Assembly: GCA_030765185.1 (NCBI GenBank)
Contig: JAVCDE010000024.1
Coordinates: 443,538-507,537, forward strand
DNA from: Candidatus Aceula meridiana
GTDB taxonomy: Bacteria; Omnitrophota; Gorgyraeia; Zapsychrales; Aceulaceae
Direction: 5' to 3'
Length of the DNA stretch: 64,000 nt
Below are positions 1 to 9,068 of the stretch, piece by piece. The position numbers were made by a program, and so were the translations under genes. Each line of letters opens with the position of its first letter. The first letter of the stretch is position 1. A model generated the notes under the pieces. It searched no databases. It saw nothing but the letters and a program-made list of their open reading frames with translations, and was not told the DNA's origin.

Positions 1-595
1 AAATATCGATGTGTTTCATATGCATGATGCGCGTTGCCTCATCGATCGGAGTCTCAAGGGTTGTAATGTCTTTTACCGGGCGGGCAAGGTCTCTCGCTAA
101 AATCTGATTTGGCGTACTAACATAAAATTTCTTAAATTTATCCGCCAAGGCTTGGGCGGAAAGGTCTTCTTTTAAAAGTTTCTCTATATTATTTTGATCG
201 TTAAGAAATCGGATAATAGCAGACATAGCCTGCAGAACAAGATAAGGCTCAGCCGAATCTGAGATAAAAAGGAAAATGATTTTAACAGGCTTTTTGTCAA
301 CGCTATCAAAATCAATCCCCTGACGGCTGATTCCCATTGCAATCTTGAATTGTCCCCAGCCGTCTATGCGCGCATGAGGAAAGGCCAACCCACTGCCAAT
401 CGCCGTTGTCTGAGTTTTTTCTCGACTAACTACCTCAGCGCAGGCCTTTTCTTTGCTAACCGGATGCGTAGCCATTCCTTCTTTTTGATAAATTTTCTCA
501 ACAAGCTCGGCTATCACGCCCTCTTTTGTTCTTGCTTTGACATCAAGAACAATATGGCTGTGTTCAATGTATTGACTAATATCAACAATGGTCAT
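1..595 (-). CDS. PTS EIIA(Ntr)-type domain protein with C-terminal CBS-like region; partial, C-terminus lies beyond the window start
   Basis: Hand translation of the minus strand from ATG at 595 is open to position 1 (MTIVDISQYIEHSHIVLDVKARTKEG...GSGLAFPHARIDGWGQFKIAMGISRQGIDF...). GLAFPHAR is the PTS EIIA type-2/PtsN His-site motif. The tail ILARDLARPVKDITTLETPIDEATRIMHMKHIDI looks CBS-like. Missing from the ORF track because it is truncated. Confidence 0.55.
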   Translation of the reverse strand, partial: MTIVDISQYIEHSHIVLDVKARTKEGVIAELVEKIYQKEGMATHPVSKEKACAEVVSREKTQTTAIGSGLAFPHARIDGWGQFKIAMGISRQGIDFDSVDKKPVKIIFLFISDSAEPYLVLQAMSAIIRFLNDQNNIEKLLKEDLSAQALADKFKKFYVSTPNQILARDLARPVKDITTLETPIDEATRIMHMKHIDI

Positions 596-704
596 AATAA
601 AACTCTATAAAAGGTTTTTTAAAATAAGCCTTATTCTAATTGCATTTTATTATATGGATATTTATAACCCGGGACAAGAGAATAGCAGAATAGTTTTGAA
701 ACTT

Positions 705-872
705 TTATTTCTTCTTAGCGCCTAAACGACTTGTGCGGCTTAAAGCTTTTTTCATGCGCTCGGCAGCCTGAGCTTTGGTCGTGCCTTCTGTTAAATTTCC
801 ATCGCAGAGAGCGGCAAAGCCTTTTCGATTCTTCATCTTAAAAACTTTAACTGTCTTTTTACCAATTTTCAT
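705..872 (-). CDS. small basic protein (55 aa), possibly HicB/UPF0150-like; hypothetical
   Basis: Minus-strand ORF MKIGKKTVKVFKMKNRKGFAALCDGNLTEGTTKAQAAERMKKALSRTSRLGAKKK, preceded by an AAAGGGGGAT RBS. Below the 60 aa track cutoff. Confidence 0.3.
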   Translation of the reverse strand: MKIGKKTVKVFKMKNRKGFAALCDGNLTEGTTKAQAAERMKKALSRTSRLGAKKK

Positions 873-885
873 GTATCCCCCTTTG

Positions 886-1545
886 TTATTTCTGACGAAT
901 ATATGTTTCCAAAACCGGGCCGGTAAAAATTGTCATAGCGGTATTATCTTCTGAGATAGTATATGTGTATGTAATTGTTAACGGTGGCTTGACGCCGCCA
1001 GGACAAGAAGACTGCAGCATAACAAGCGTTATAGCATCATCCTCTGAGGAAAGGCTGCCCGAAGTATAGCATGTTCCGCTAGAGTCGTAGTCCTTTGCCC
1101 GTAGATTAAGCGTTGCCGGTGTTTGGCCCGCTAAAGCTCCATCAACATAGGTAGCTGTGCGAAGCCAGGTTCCTAAAAAAGGCTGTCCATTTTTCTCACC
1201 TTCCTCAGAATCATAGCCTAGTGTTCTAGCGCCCCCGGGTCCTTTGCTAAAATCATCCTGGCTGGATCCAAGACCGTGCAGGCTTCCCTTTTCATCACCG
1301 GATGAACGGCCTACTTCTGATTTTTCTGCAAAAGCTTTTTTGCCGTCGATTTTTACTTTCTCGGAAGACTCTCCGCCACCGCCATCGTCCTTAACGGCAG
1401 TCTGGCTCGGCCTTAGTAATCCTCCATAAGGGTCATTAGCATTGCTTGCCTTACCCTTAAAAACATCTAAAGGATTGCCGGCAAAACACACTTGGGCTGC
1501 AAAAACAACCGTAATTAACAATGAGGGAATAAAAATTCTTTTCAT
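886..1545 (-). CDS. secreted Gly/Ser-rich protein of unknown function
   Basis: N-terminal signal peptide MKRIFIPSLLITVVFAAQVCFA. Low-complexity GGGGESSEK region. Confidence 0.5.
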   Translation of the reverse strand: MKRIFIPSLLITVVFAAQVCFAGNPLDVFKGKASNANDPYGGLLRPSQTAVKDDGGGGESSEKVKIDGKKAFAEKSEVGRSSGDEKGSLHGLGSSQDDFSKGPGGARTLGYDSEEGEKNGQPFLGTWLRTATYVDGALAGQTPATLNLRAKDYDSSGTCYTSGSLSSEDDAITLVMLQSSCPGGVKPPLTITYTYTISEDNTAMTIFTGPVLETYIRQK

Positions 1546-1602
1546 ATAAGTATTTTACTTGTGGCTAAGGCACTTGACAAGAAAAAGGCATTTAATATTT
1601 TC

Positions 1603-2742
1603 TTACAGGCTCCATGCTTTTTTGAGCTGATGTTGATTATCAATAAGAGCATTCATGTACGTTAGCTCCAAATCAATCATTTCCGTATCTTTTCGACGCA
1701 GCCACTCCGAAAGCCAAGCAAAGCGAAGAGCGATAATAAATTCTAATAAATATTTCCAGCTTGTCACCGAGATTGTGCCTGGGGCTTTCATCTCTTCTAA
1801 GAAAGAAATGACTAAATCTCCTAAAAGACTTGAAGGATGCTCAACGCCGACGCATCCTATGAGATTAGCTATGTCATAGGTCTCCGGCTTAATGCCGCAG
1901 AACTCCCAGTCAATGACACATCTTATATTATCTTCGCCCCAAACAATATTCATGGGATGATAATCTCCATGACAAAATTGAGTTGGTAGGCTGTCGTAGA
2001 CTTTCATAAAATCTTTCTCAAGAAAACTAATCACACCATCGACTTGGGCTTCAATAGGTGGATAATGCCTCTTAATCGATTGCTGCAACTTATAAATGTA
2101 GCCTTTGAGTGAAAAATCTTTCTTTCGGTCCTCGGGAAAAATATCTTTAGATTTCGCGTAAAGCGAAATCAAGAAATCCGCTAAAAGCGGCCCACGCCAT
2201 TTTTCATAAATATATTTTGTGCGGTCAAGGGCGACGCCTGGAATAAAATGCGCAACCTGCCAAAAACTCTTTTTGTGTTCTAAAATATGCTGGCCTTGCC
2301 TATTTTTTAAATAAGGCCGGACAAGAGAAAGATGTTCTTTGACAAGAAACTCTAGAGTGCGGGCAATTCTTCTTTTTGTTTCAAGGCTTTTATGCTCAAC
2401 TTGCTCAAGTAAAAAGAAATTCTTATTTTCATCTTCAGCAACAACACGAAAAACACTTCGCTCGGGGCTTCCCTCGATAAGAATATCATAATGCAAAGCC
2501 TTTAGCGTAATCCCAAAAAGTCCTGCCACCTCATGAAGAACTTCGAGGCTAACAGTCGGATAGCGCTCTTTAACAACGATATGGGTTTCTTTTTTTGACT
2601 TTAAAATACGTGCTGCATACACGATGCCTTTAGGACATTTATTACCCTTAACCTCAACGGTCTTTTCATCCTTCCAATCAAGGCTTAAATTGCAACCATT
2701 AGGGCACTCTTTGCAGATAAGATTTTTTTTAGGGTCTGTCAT
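1603..2742 (-). CDS. phosphotransferase (APH/choline-kinase-like fold) with N-terminal CxxC-type zinc ribbon
   Basis: Brenner-type catalytic motif HGDYHPMNIVW...IDWEFCG. N-terminal CKECPNGC...CPKG. Confidence 0.6.
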   Translation of the reverse strand: MTDPKKNLICKECPNGCNLSLDWKDEKTVEVKGNKCPKGIVYAARILKSKKETHIVVKERYPTVSLEVLHEVAGLFGITLKALHYDILIEGSPERSVFRVVAEDENKNFFLLEQVEHKSLETKRRIARTLEFLVKEHLSLVRPYLKNRQGQHILEHKKSFWQVAHFIPGVALDRTKYIYEKWRGPLLADFLISLYAKSKDIFPEDRKKDFSLKGYIYKLQQSIKRHYPPIEAQVDGVISFLEKDFMKVYDSLPTQFCHGDYHPMNIVWGEDNIRCVIDWEFCGIKPETYDIANLIGCVGVEHPSSLLGDLVISFLEEMKAPGTISVTSWKYLLEFIIALRFAWLSEWLRRKDTEMIDLELTYMNALIDNQHQLKKAWSL

Positions 2743-2897
2743 GTTTTTAGTCTTTTAGAGGGGTAAGTTTGACCATATTAGCAATTTCTTTGAGGGGTGT
2801 CTACATTTTCATCAGATTTCAAGCAAAAAATCTTTACAACAAAATCTCTGACTGATAAGATAGCCACATCAATAAACTTTTAAAAGGAAAAATCCCT

Positions 2898-3446
2898 ATG
2901 AAAAAAACAATAGTCTTCATTCTCATCTTAACTTTTATCTTTGGATTCTCATCTTTAGCTCTTGCCGGATGGAAAGAAAGCCCGCATAAAAAAGAAATGC
3001 TCCTAAAAGAATCGAATTTAGCCATTCAAAATTTTAAATATGCCGATCCTGAAATCGAAAGATTTTTTGAAAGAGCTTACGGCTGGGCGATTTTCCCAAC
3101 TGTCGGCAAAGCTGCTTTTGGCATTGGCGGCGCTTACGGCGAAGGCCTTGTTTACGAAAAAAAAGAAACTATCGGCCACGCATCATTAACACAACTTAGT
3201 TTTGGGTTTCAAGCTGGCGGGCAAGGCTACAGCGAAATTATCTTTTTTAAAGATAGTGACACCCTTAGCCAATTTAAACAAGGTAATTTCAAGCTTGGGG
3301 CAACTGCCTCAGCTGCCATTGTAACGCTTGGCGCATCCATGGATGCAGATTTTAACGAGGGCCTCGCGATTTTTACTCTTGTTAAAGGCGGACTAATGGT
3401 CGAGGCGTCTGCAGCCGGGCAAAAATTTAAATACTGGAATTATTAA
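2898..3446 (+). CDS. SYLF (Ysc84/DUF500) lipid-binding domain lipoprotein-like protein
   Basis: Signal peptide. FGIGGAYGEG, FKLGATASAA and GLMVEASAAG match SYLF-domain conserved blocks. Confidence 0.7.
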   Translation: MKKTIVFILILTFIFGFSSLALAGWKESPHKKEMLLKESNLAIQNFKYADPEIERFFERAYGWAIFPTVGKAAFGIGGAYGEGLVYEKKETIGHASLTQLSFGFQAGGQGYSEIIFFKDSDTLSQFKQGNFKLGATASAAIVTLGASMDADFNEGLAIFTLVKGGLMVEASAAGQKFKYWNY

Positions 3447-3454
3447 TTCTTAAA

Positions 3455-4648
3455 ATGGAAACACTTAAAACTTTTTATGATTTAATGTTTCAAACAAGAG
3501 ACGCGCGACGCCTTCTTGTTTTAGATTGCCTTGAAAACAAAACGCTCGAACACAAGGACATCTTACCTCTAAAACAAGCTCTTGCTACACTCGAAGCAAC
3601 TCCAAAGAAAGAAAATCAATATATTCTAAAGCTGGAAGGTGAGAAAACAATCGCCCTTGACTTATCTTATGAAATTGATGAATTAAAAAAGGATCTTCTT
3701 TTTTTAGAAAAAGGCGAAGATGCGCTCTTAAAATTTCTAGAAAACATTCATGCCGATTTTGAGACACAAATTAAAAGCGTCGTGTCTGCGCTTAGCGCAA
3801 AGAAATTTCATACGCTCATTACCGATCGTGATGGCACTGTAAACAATTATTGCGGTCGCTATGCTTCTTCGATTCAATCCGTTTATAATGCAGTCTTTTT
3901 AACGCGCTTTGCTAAAAAACTAGACAATGCCGTTATTTTAACCTCCGCCCCTCTTAGAAGTATCGGACTTGTTGATATCAGCGTTGTCCCACAAGGTGCT
4001 TTTATCCATGCTGCCTCAAAAGGGCGAGAATACATCAATAAAAAAAACAAGCGCTGCCACTTTCCGATAAAGGAAGAAAAACAAAAAAAACTCGATGAAT
4101 TTAACGCCGAGCTTTCTTCTCTTGTTAAAAATCCGCAATATGCAAAGTTTGCTTTAATAGGATCAGGCCTGCAGTTTAAATTTGGCCAAACGACCATCGC
4201 CCGACAAGACATTACAAAATCTATTCCCAAAGACGAATCCTTAAGATTTTTAAAGCTTGTTGAAAATTTGGTTAGCCGTATAGGTAACCAAAAACAATTT
4301 TTCCGTATCGAAGACACGGGTAAAGATGTTGAAATTATTCTAACTGTTGAGAACGTTCAGTCAGGTCTAGATCCGAAAGATTTTGATAAAGGAGATGGCG
4401 TCGCTTTTCTCGAGAAACATGCTTCCCTCCATATGGCAAAAGGTGGGAATTTAATCTGCGGAGATACTCCGTCAGATATCCCGATGATCCCGGCTGCCCT
4501 CCACTATTCAAATGACACAACCGCTATCTTTGTTTCAAATGGAAACGAGGAATTCGAGCAAAAAGTCAAAAGGCTTTATCCAAACACGATTGTTGTCAGC
4601 ACACCCGACATTCTTGTCACGGCTTTAAACGCTCTTGCCCGCGATTAA
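3455..4648 (+). CDS. HAD-superfamily IIB phosphatase (trehalose-6-P / mannosyl-3-phosphoglycerate phosphatase-like) with about 110-aa N-terminal extension
   Basis: HAD motif I ITDRDGT, motif II ILTSA, motif IV ICGDTPSDIPM. Confidence 0.6.
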   Translation: METLKTFYDLMFQTRDARRLLVLDCLENKTLEHKDILPLKQALATLEATPKKENQYILKLEGEKTIALDLSYEIDELKKDLLFLEKGEDALLKFLENIHADFETQIKSVVSALSAKKFHTLITDRDGTVNNYCGRYASSIQSVYNAVFLTRFAKKLDNAVILTSAPLRSIGLVDISVVPQGAFIHAASKGREYINKKNKRCHFPIKEEKQKKLDEFNAELSSLVKNPQYAKFALIGSGLQFKFGQTTIARQDITKSIPKDESLRFLKLVENLVSRIGNQKQFFRIEDTGKDVEIILTVENVQSGLDPKDFDKGDGVAFLEKHASLHMAKGGNLICGDTPSDIPMIPAALHYSNDTTAIFVSNGNEEFEQKVKRLYPNTIVVSTPDILVTALNALARD

Positions 4649-5290
4649 AGCTAATTTCTTTTTTTTAGGCCAGCTCTTAATTTGCGCCTCGCGTTTCATG
4701 GCTTCAACCCGTCCGTCTAATTTCTCTGAATATAGTAACTTTTCAAAACCAAAAACTTTTGTAAAACGCGCGCCCTTACCATTTTTGTGAGCGGCCATGC
4801 GCTTTTCAATATCATTAGTAATCCCGGTATAAAGCGTCTTTTTTTGAGATTCCAAAATATAAACATACCACGCGCCAACCGTAGGTGTATTGATCCGACG
4901 GATTTTAAACTTTCGGTCGGCCCACAGGCCAATAATTTCTTTAACAGGAAAATTCCACTTCTTAATTTCTTCAATAGCTTTTAAAGTCTGTTTCTTTTGT
5001 TCATCTCGGCCTGTGGGATTGCGCACACAATTAAAATGGCCGACAACAGCAACAGCTTGGGATTTATGCCTAAAAACAGATATTTCCACGCGCCTTTTGA
5101 TGGATAAAACACCTGCCTTTTCTTTGCCCTCGGCCAACATTTTATTGGGACCCGCCTCAGTTATCATGTCGATAAAGGCACAGCCATATTTATTCTTTAA
5201 ATACTTAACAACAGGTTCCTGTGTGCGCCCATCCATGCAGTTGATCGCTGTTACAAATTTCTTGCTCATTCTTAAAATACTCCCTTTCAA
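4625..5290 (-). CDS. fusion protein: unknown N-terminal domain plus C-terminal GIY-YIG (UPF0213/YhbQ-like) nuclease domain
   Basis: C-terminal WYVYILESQKKTLYTGITNDIEKRMAAH...IKSW is a GIY-YIG signature. N-terminal 120 aa carry CMDGR and HFNC motifs. Confidence 0.55.
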   Translation of the reverse strand: MKGSILRMSKKFVTAINCMDGRTQEPVVKYLKNKYGCAFIDMITEAGPNKMLAEGKEKAGVLSIKRRVEISVFRHKSQAVAVVGHFNCVRNPTGRDEQKKQTLKAIEEIKKWNFPVKEIIGLWADRKFKIRRINTPTVGAWYVYILESQKKTLYTGITNDIEKRMAAHKNGKGARFTKVFGFEKLLYSEKLDGRVEAMKREAQIKSWPKKKKLALIAGKSV

Positions 5291-5341
5291 GAATTAAACA
5301 TTGTCCTATCTGCCTAAAGAAAAATGTGACGAAAAAAACTC

Positions 5342-6148
5342 TTAGCGCTTCTTTTCTGCATCCAGCCTTAAAAATAACAGCCCTTTCCCAAGGTAAGGGC
5401 CAAACATAGAGTCAAAATGCACATTCCTTTTCACGCTAAGATTATCTTGATATTTCTCTTCCATCGCAGAAAAAATCTTTTCAAGCTTTTCTCTCTCCTG
5501 AGGGGATAATTTTCCTGTCGAAGGGCCCTGCATTTTATCTAAATAAAAACGGCTCCTAGCAACCTGAATTTGAGCAATAAACTCATCTTCCTTTGCTTGG
5601 TTAGCCGCTATGGCAAGATACCGGCTAAACGTGTTATTAGAATTCGTAGCCCCTATTCGGCTAACAAGCTTGCGATAATAATCTAATGTTTGGGGCATAA
5701 CTTTTAAGGCTTGTTGAAAATTTAAAATAGCCTTCTCGTATTCTTTGCGATCAAAGAAAATCATTCCCCTGTCAAAAAGATAAGAATAGATATAAGGGTT
5801 TGCTTGAATAGCTTTATCGTAAAATTTAATTGCCTTTGAAAGATTGTTAAGTTGAACATAGCAGTACCCTGTGTTCCCATACGCATAATCTTGTCCGGGG
5901 AGCATATGCAAAAATTCTTTGTAATAATTAATAGCCCGTACAAAATCAAAACTGCGCATCTCTTGCCCCTCGGAGAGCCTTTCAACCAGTTCCCCTTCAA
6001 AATGCTGCTGGTTCCCCAGCCTAGCTAACTCAACCTGAAAAGGCTGCCTTTGCGCCAACTGAAAGAAAATAAAACCCACAACAAAATACAACCACAAGTA
6101 TCGTGTAAAGGCTACCCGAAAGTATTTTATCCAAGAAAATTTTTTCAT
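5342..6148 (-). CDS. membrane-anchored tetratricopeptide (TPR) repeat protein
   Basis: N-terminal TM helix. Repeated AxxYY(K/Q) TPR consensus (AINYYKEF, AIKFYDKAIQANP). Confidence 0.6.
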   Translation of the reverse strand: MKKFSWIKYFRVAFTRYLWLYFVVGFIFFQLAQRQPFQVELARLGNQQHFEGELVERLSEGQEMRSFDFVRAINYYKEFLHMLPGQDYAYGNTGYCYVQLNNLSKAIKFYDKAIQANPYIYSYLFDRGMIFFDRKEYEKAILNFQQALKVMPQTLDYYRKLVSRIGATNSNNTFSRYLAIAANQAKEDEFIAQIQVARSRFYLDKMQGPSTGKLSPQEREKLEKIFSAMEEKYQDNLSVKRNVHFDSMFGPYLGKGLLFLRLDAEKKR

Positions 6149-8388
6149 AACTTTTGCCTGCTACGATTAAAATATTTTAAATCCTTTATAAATAAAAAAA
6201 TCACCCACAAAAACATTCCGTTAAAAATACAAAGGATCAGCACATATATTTCTGCACCGCCTAAAGGAGAATAAACAAGTCGCATAACATTCTTGCCCGC
6301 AGGCAAAACAATTCCCTTAAAAGCAATATTAGCCCTATATATCTTCGTAGGGTTACCATTAAAAAACAATTTCCAATCCTTATGATAGCTGTCGTTATAG
6401 ACTAAAAACTTTTTTGTATCAAAATTTGTTTCTAAGACAATTGAATTTGTGTCAAAGTGGGTTACCGAAAGTTCTTGCGACGGGCCCTTAACGATCTTAG
6501 CCTTTTGAGAGACCTTTGATGATCCTTGAAGAAAATTAAGATCATCATCAAAGTCCTCTTGGGCAACAAGCGCCAAGTTTAAATCCTCCTGAAAAACTTT
6601 TTTCACAAGATCAAGGTCTTCTTCTTTCTTGCCAGAGAGCGCTCGCCCTTTATCATAAATATAAAATTTATACTTTACATATTCTTCAACTGTTTCCTTT
6701 GGCAAATTTTCAAAAAGATAAGCCGTCCACCAACAGGGAAAATGAGAATTTCCTACATAGCTGATGAAGTCGCGCATCTGGAGAAGATGCCGAATGTGAC
6801 TCCTGCTGTTAACAATTCCCTCATAGTCAGGGCGGACATAGCGAAATAAAAAACCATCTGAAGGCGGGAAAATATAATCGATCGCATAGCTCTTATCGTT
6901 AAAAGGATCACCGCGATAATGCCACATCCCTTGAAGAGGCTGAATCGAAACACACACAAAAAGAATCAAAAGCGATAACCATCGATAAATCTTGTTTTTA
7001 AAGAAGAACTCAGAACAAAAATATATAAAACTTAAGAAAATTGTAATATAAAAAGAGGCGATTGTGTTCTTTTGCCAAAAAAGAAATGCTAAAACAGCTA
7101 AATGCGCCGCAAACAGAACCCAAAAAATTCCCCTCTGGCTTAAAACAAATTGCTCTTTGATAATCGTGCGCCACTGCAACGTCGTAAAGAGGACAAAAAT
7201 ACCTACAAAGGCCGGCCAAAAAGACGAAAACGAATGAATAACTTTAAACATAGGAAGAACTTTGTAAAAAACCGCGTACATCTTTCCTGGAGGGCCTAAA
7301 AGAAGAAAATATAAAAGAATGAGCATCAAAAGCAAGGTAAAAGACTTCCGGGTAATACGGTTGAAAGCGCCTAACAAAAAAATAATAACAACAAAAAATG
7401 GAATAAGAATATAATCGCTCCACCAACCACGAAAATACAAATTATTGGAGAAATGCTGACTTAAGAAACTTTTGGAATCAAACGAATCCGAAAGAAGCTC
7501 GTCTGGGTTCATCTCTCCTCCTTTTTTTGAAAGGGCATCTTCACCCTGTGGATGGCGGTCGTGAAAAACAACCTCCTTGTTCTTGGACATGGCAAAAGCC
7601 CGCCAAACAGGCACCAGAGTTACACCTAAGAGTGAAAAACAAACAAAAATTAAAATAAAATTTTTCTTAGAAAAGGTAACCATAGAGGCGACAGAATTTA
7701 CAGCAAACTTAAAGTCGCACACAAAGGTTGTAAAAATAACAAAAAAGAAGACCATTAACCAATACGGAGGGAAATAGGACGAGGCAATGACCATTAAACA
7801 AAAAATAAGCCCAACAAAAAATTTTGGTTTTTGCGTCTCACAAAGACGAAGCCAGCAATAAAAGAACCAAACCATTGGAACATAAATAATTGATATCGTT
7901 GCAAAATTCTCAAAAACACATTGCATCGCAAAAAACATCATCAAAAAAGATAAATATGCACCAAGGTTATCTTTTAAAAAAGCCTTCGCAAAAGAATAAA
8001 AACCCATCATCCCAAAAAAGAAAAAGATAACATTGGTATAGAGATAAGAAAAATAATACGAAATGCCTATTTTATGAAGGATAAAAACAAGCCACCAGAT
8101 AGGATTAAAGATGCCAAAAAAGTTATTCCCGACAAGGTCTGGAACTCCCCACACCACAAAAGGGTTCCACAAGGGGAAGTCCCCCCTAATGATGTTTTTA
8201 ATAAAATAGGTAACCAGCCCATAAATAATATGGCCGTCTCCGACAACAGAACTCTCCCCTGTCAAAAAACCACCAAAAATAAAAACCCAAATCCCAAAAG
8301 GAATAAAAAACTTAAAAATTCTTCCTATCGCCTTTAAGGCAGCAGATTGATTGTAATCCTCAAAGATTCTTTTTAACATAGATGTCAT
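6145..8388 (-). CDS. YfhO-like polytopic membrane glycosyltransferase (GT-C fold) with C-terminal soluble domain
   Basis: 747 aa, more than 12 predicted TM segments, C-terminal globular region. Overlaps the downstream GT2 gene as in GtrB/YfhO-type pairs. Confidence 0.55.
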   Translation of the reverse strand: MTSMLKRIFEDYNQSAALKAIGRIFKFFIPFGIWVFIFGGFLTGESSVVGDGHIIYGLVTYFIKNIIRGDFPLWNPFVVWGVPDLVGNNFFGIFNPIWWLVFILHKIGISYYFSYLYTNVIFFFFGMMGFYSFAKAFLKDNLGAYLSFLMMFFAMQCVFENFATISIIYVPMVWFFYCWLRLCETQKPKFFVGLIFCLMVIASSYFPPYWLMVFFFVIFTTFVCDFKFAVNSVASMVTFSKKNFILIFVCFSLLGVTLVPVWRAFAMSKNKEVVFHDRHPQGEDALSKKGGEMNPDELLSDSFDSKSFLSQHFSNNLYFRGWWSDYILIPFFVVIIFLLGAFNRITRKSFTLLLMLILLYFLLLGPPGKMYAVFYKVLPMFKVIHSFSSFWPAFVGIFVLFTTLQWRTIIKEQFVLSQRGIFWVLFAAHLAVLAFLFWQKNTIASFYITIFLSFIYFCSEFFFKNKIYRWLSLLILFVCVSIQPLQGMWHYRGDPFNDKSYAIDYIFPPSDGFLFRYVRPDYEGIVNSRSHIRHLLQMRDFISYVGNSHFPCWWTAYLFENLPKETVEEYVKYKFYIYDKGRALSGKKEEDLDLVKKVFQEDLNLALVAQEDFDDDLNFLQGSSKVSQKAKIVKGPSQELSVTHFDTNSIVLETNFDTKKFLVYNDSYHKDWKLFFNGNPTKIYRANIAFKGIVLPAGKNVMRLVYSPLGGAEIYVLILCIFNGMFLWVIFLFIKDLKYFNRSRQKL

Positions 8389-9064
8389 TTAGTAAAATAA
8401 AAACTGTTTTCAGTGTCCTCAAAAAACTGCGCGGACGCAAAGCCTTAGTCTTTCCCTCTCGACGGCCGATATCAATGAAAGGAATTTCCTTATAAGTGCA
8501 TCTGGATTTTAAAAACCGGATGTTATAGCTAGCAATCGCTGCAAGCCCATTTGACCGCACATGAAGGCTTTGCATATGTTTGGTTTTACAAATAAAAGGT
8601 CCCGTGTAACCTTTAAGGCGAAGGCCAAACACAACATTCATACAAACCGTAAAAATCTTTGAAATAAATTTACGCAACCGGCCTTGCTTATTATGATTTG
8701 CCTTGTAAGAAATAATCAAATCTACAGAGCCTATCTCTTTAACGGCATCGCGCCAAGACTCCCAAGCAAGATCATTATCGCCCGGGAAAAAAGTGGTATA
8801 CGTTTTTTCTGCTATAGCGGCGCCCTTGCGAAGGCAGCCCCCAAGCCCGCTGTTGATTTCATTGGCCACAACTTTTATTCTTAAATTCTCATGCGCCTTC
8901 TCTTGTGCAATGGCTTGAGTGTTGTCTTCGCTAGCATCATTGATGACAATAATCTCATAATCCTCAACAAGCCCATCGATTGCGTTCACAACGCTTTCGA
9001 TAGCTGCCCGGATATTGCCCTCTTCGTTAAAAGCCGGAATAATAATCGTGAGGTCTTTTGTCAT
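8360..9064 (-). CDS. family 2 glycosyltransferase (DPM1/GtrB-like, soluble form)
   Basis: N-terminal IIIPAFNEEGNI...IVINDASEDNT GT2 signature. Confidence 0.75.
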   Translation of the reverse strand: MTKDLTIIIPAFNEEGNIRAAIESVVNAIDGLVEDYEIIVINDASEDNTQAIAQEKAHENLRIKVVANEINSGLGGCLRKGAAIAEKTYTTFFPGDNDLAWESWRDAVKEIGSVDLIISYKANHNKQGRLRKFISKIFTVCMNVVFGLRLKGYTGPFICKTKHMQSLHVRSNGLAAIASYNIRFLKSRCTYKEIPFIDIGRREGKTKALRPRSFLRTLKTVFILLNDIYVKKNL

Positions 9065-9068
9065 TTTA

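Noticed and set aside
350-610. Plus-strand 86-aa ORF
   Set aside because: It lies entirely inside, and antisense to, the well-supported EIIA-domain gene (1..595, minus) and has no motif.
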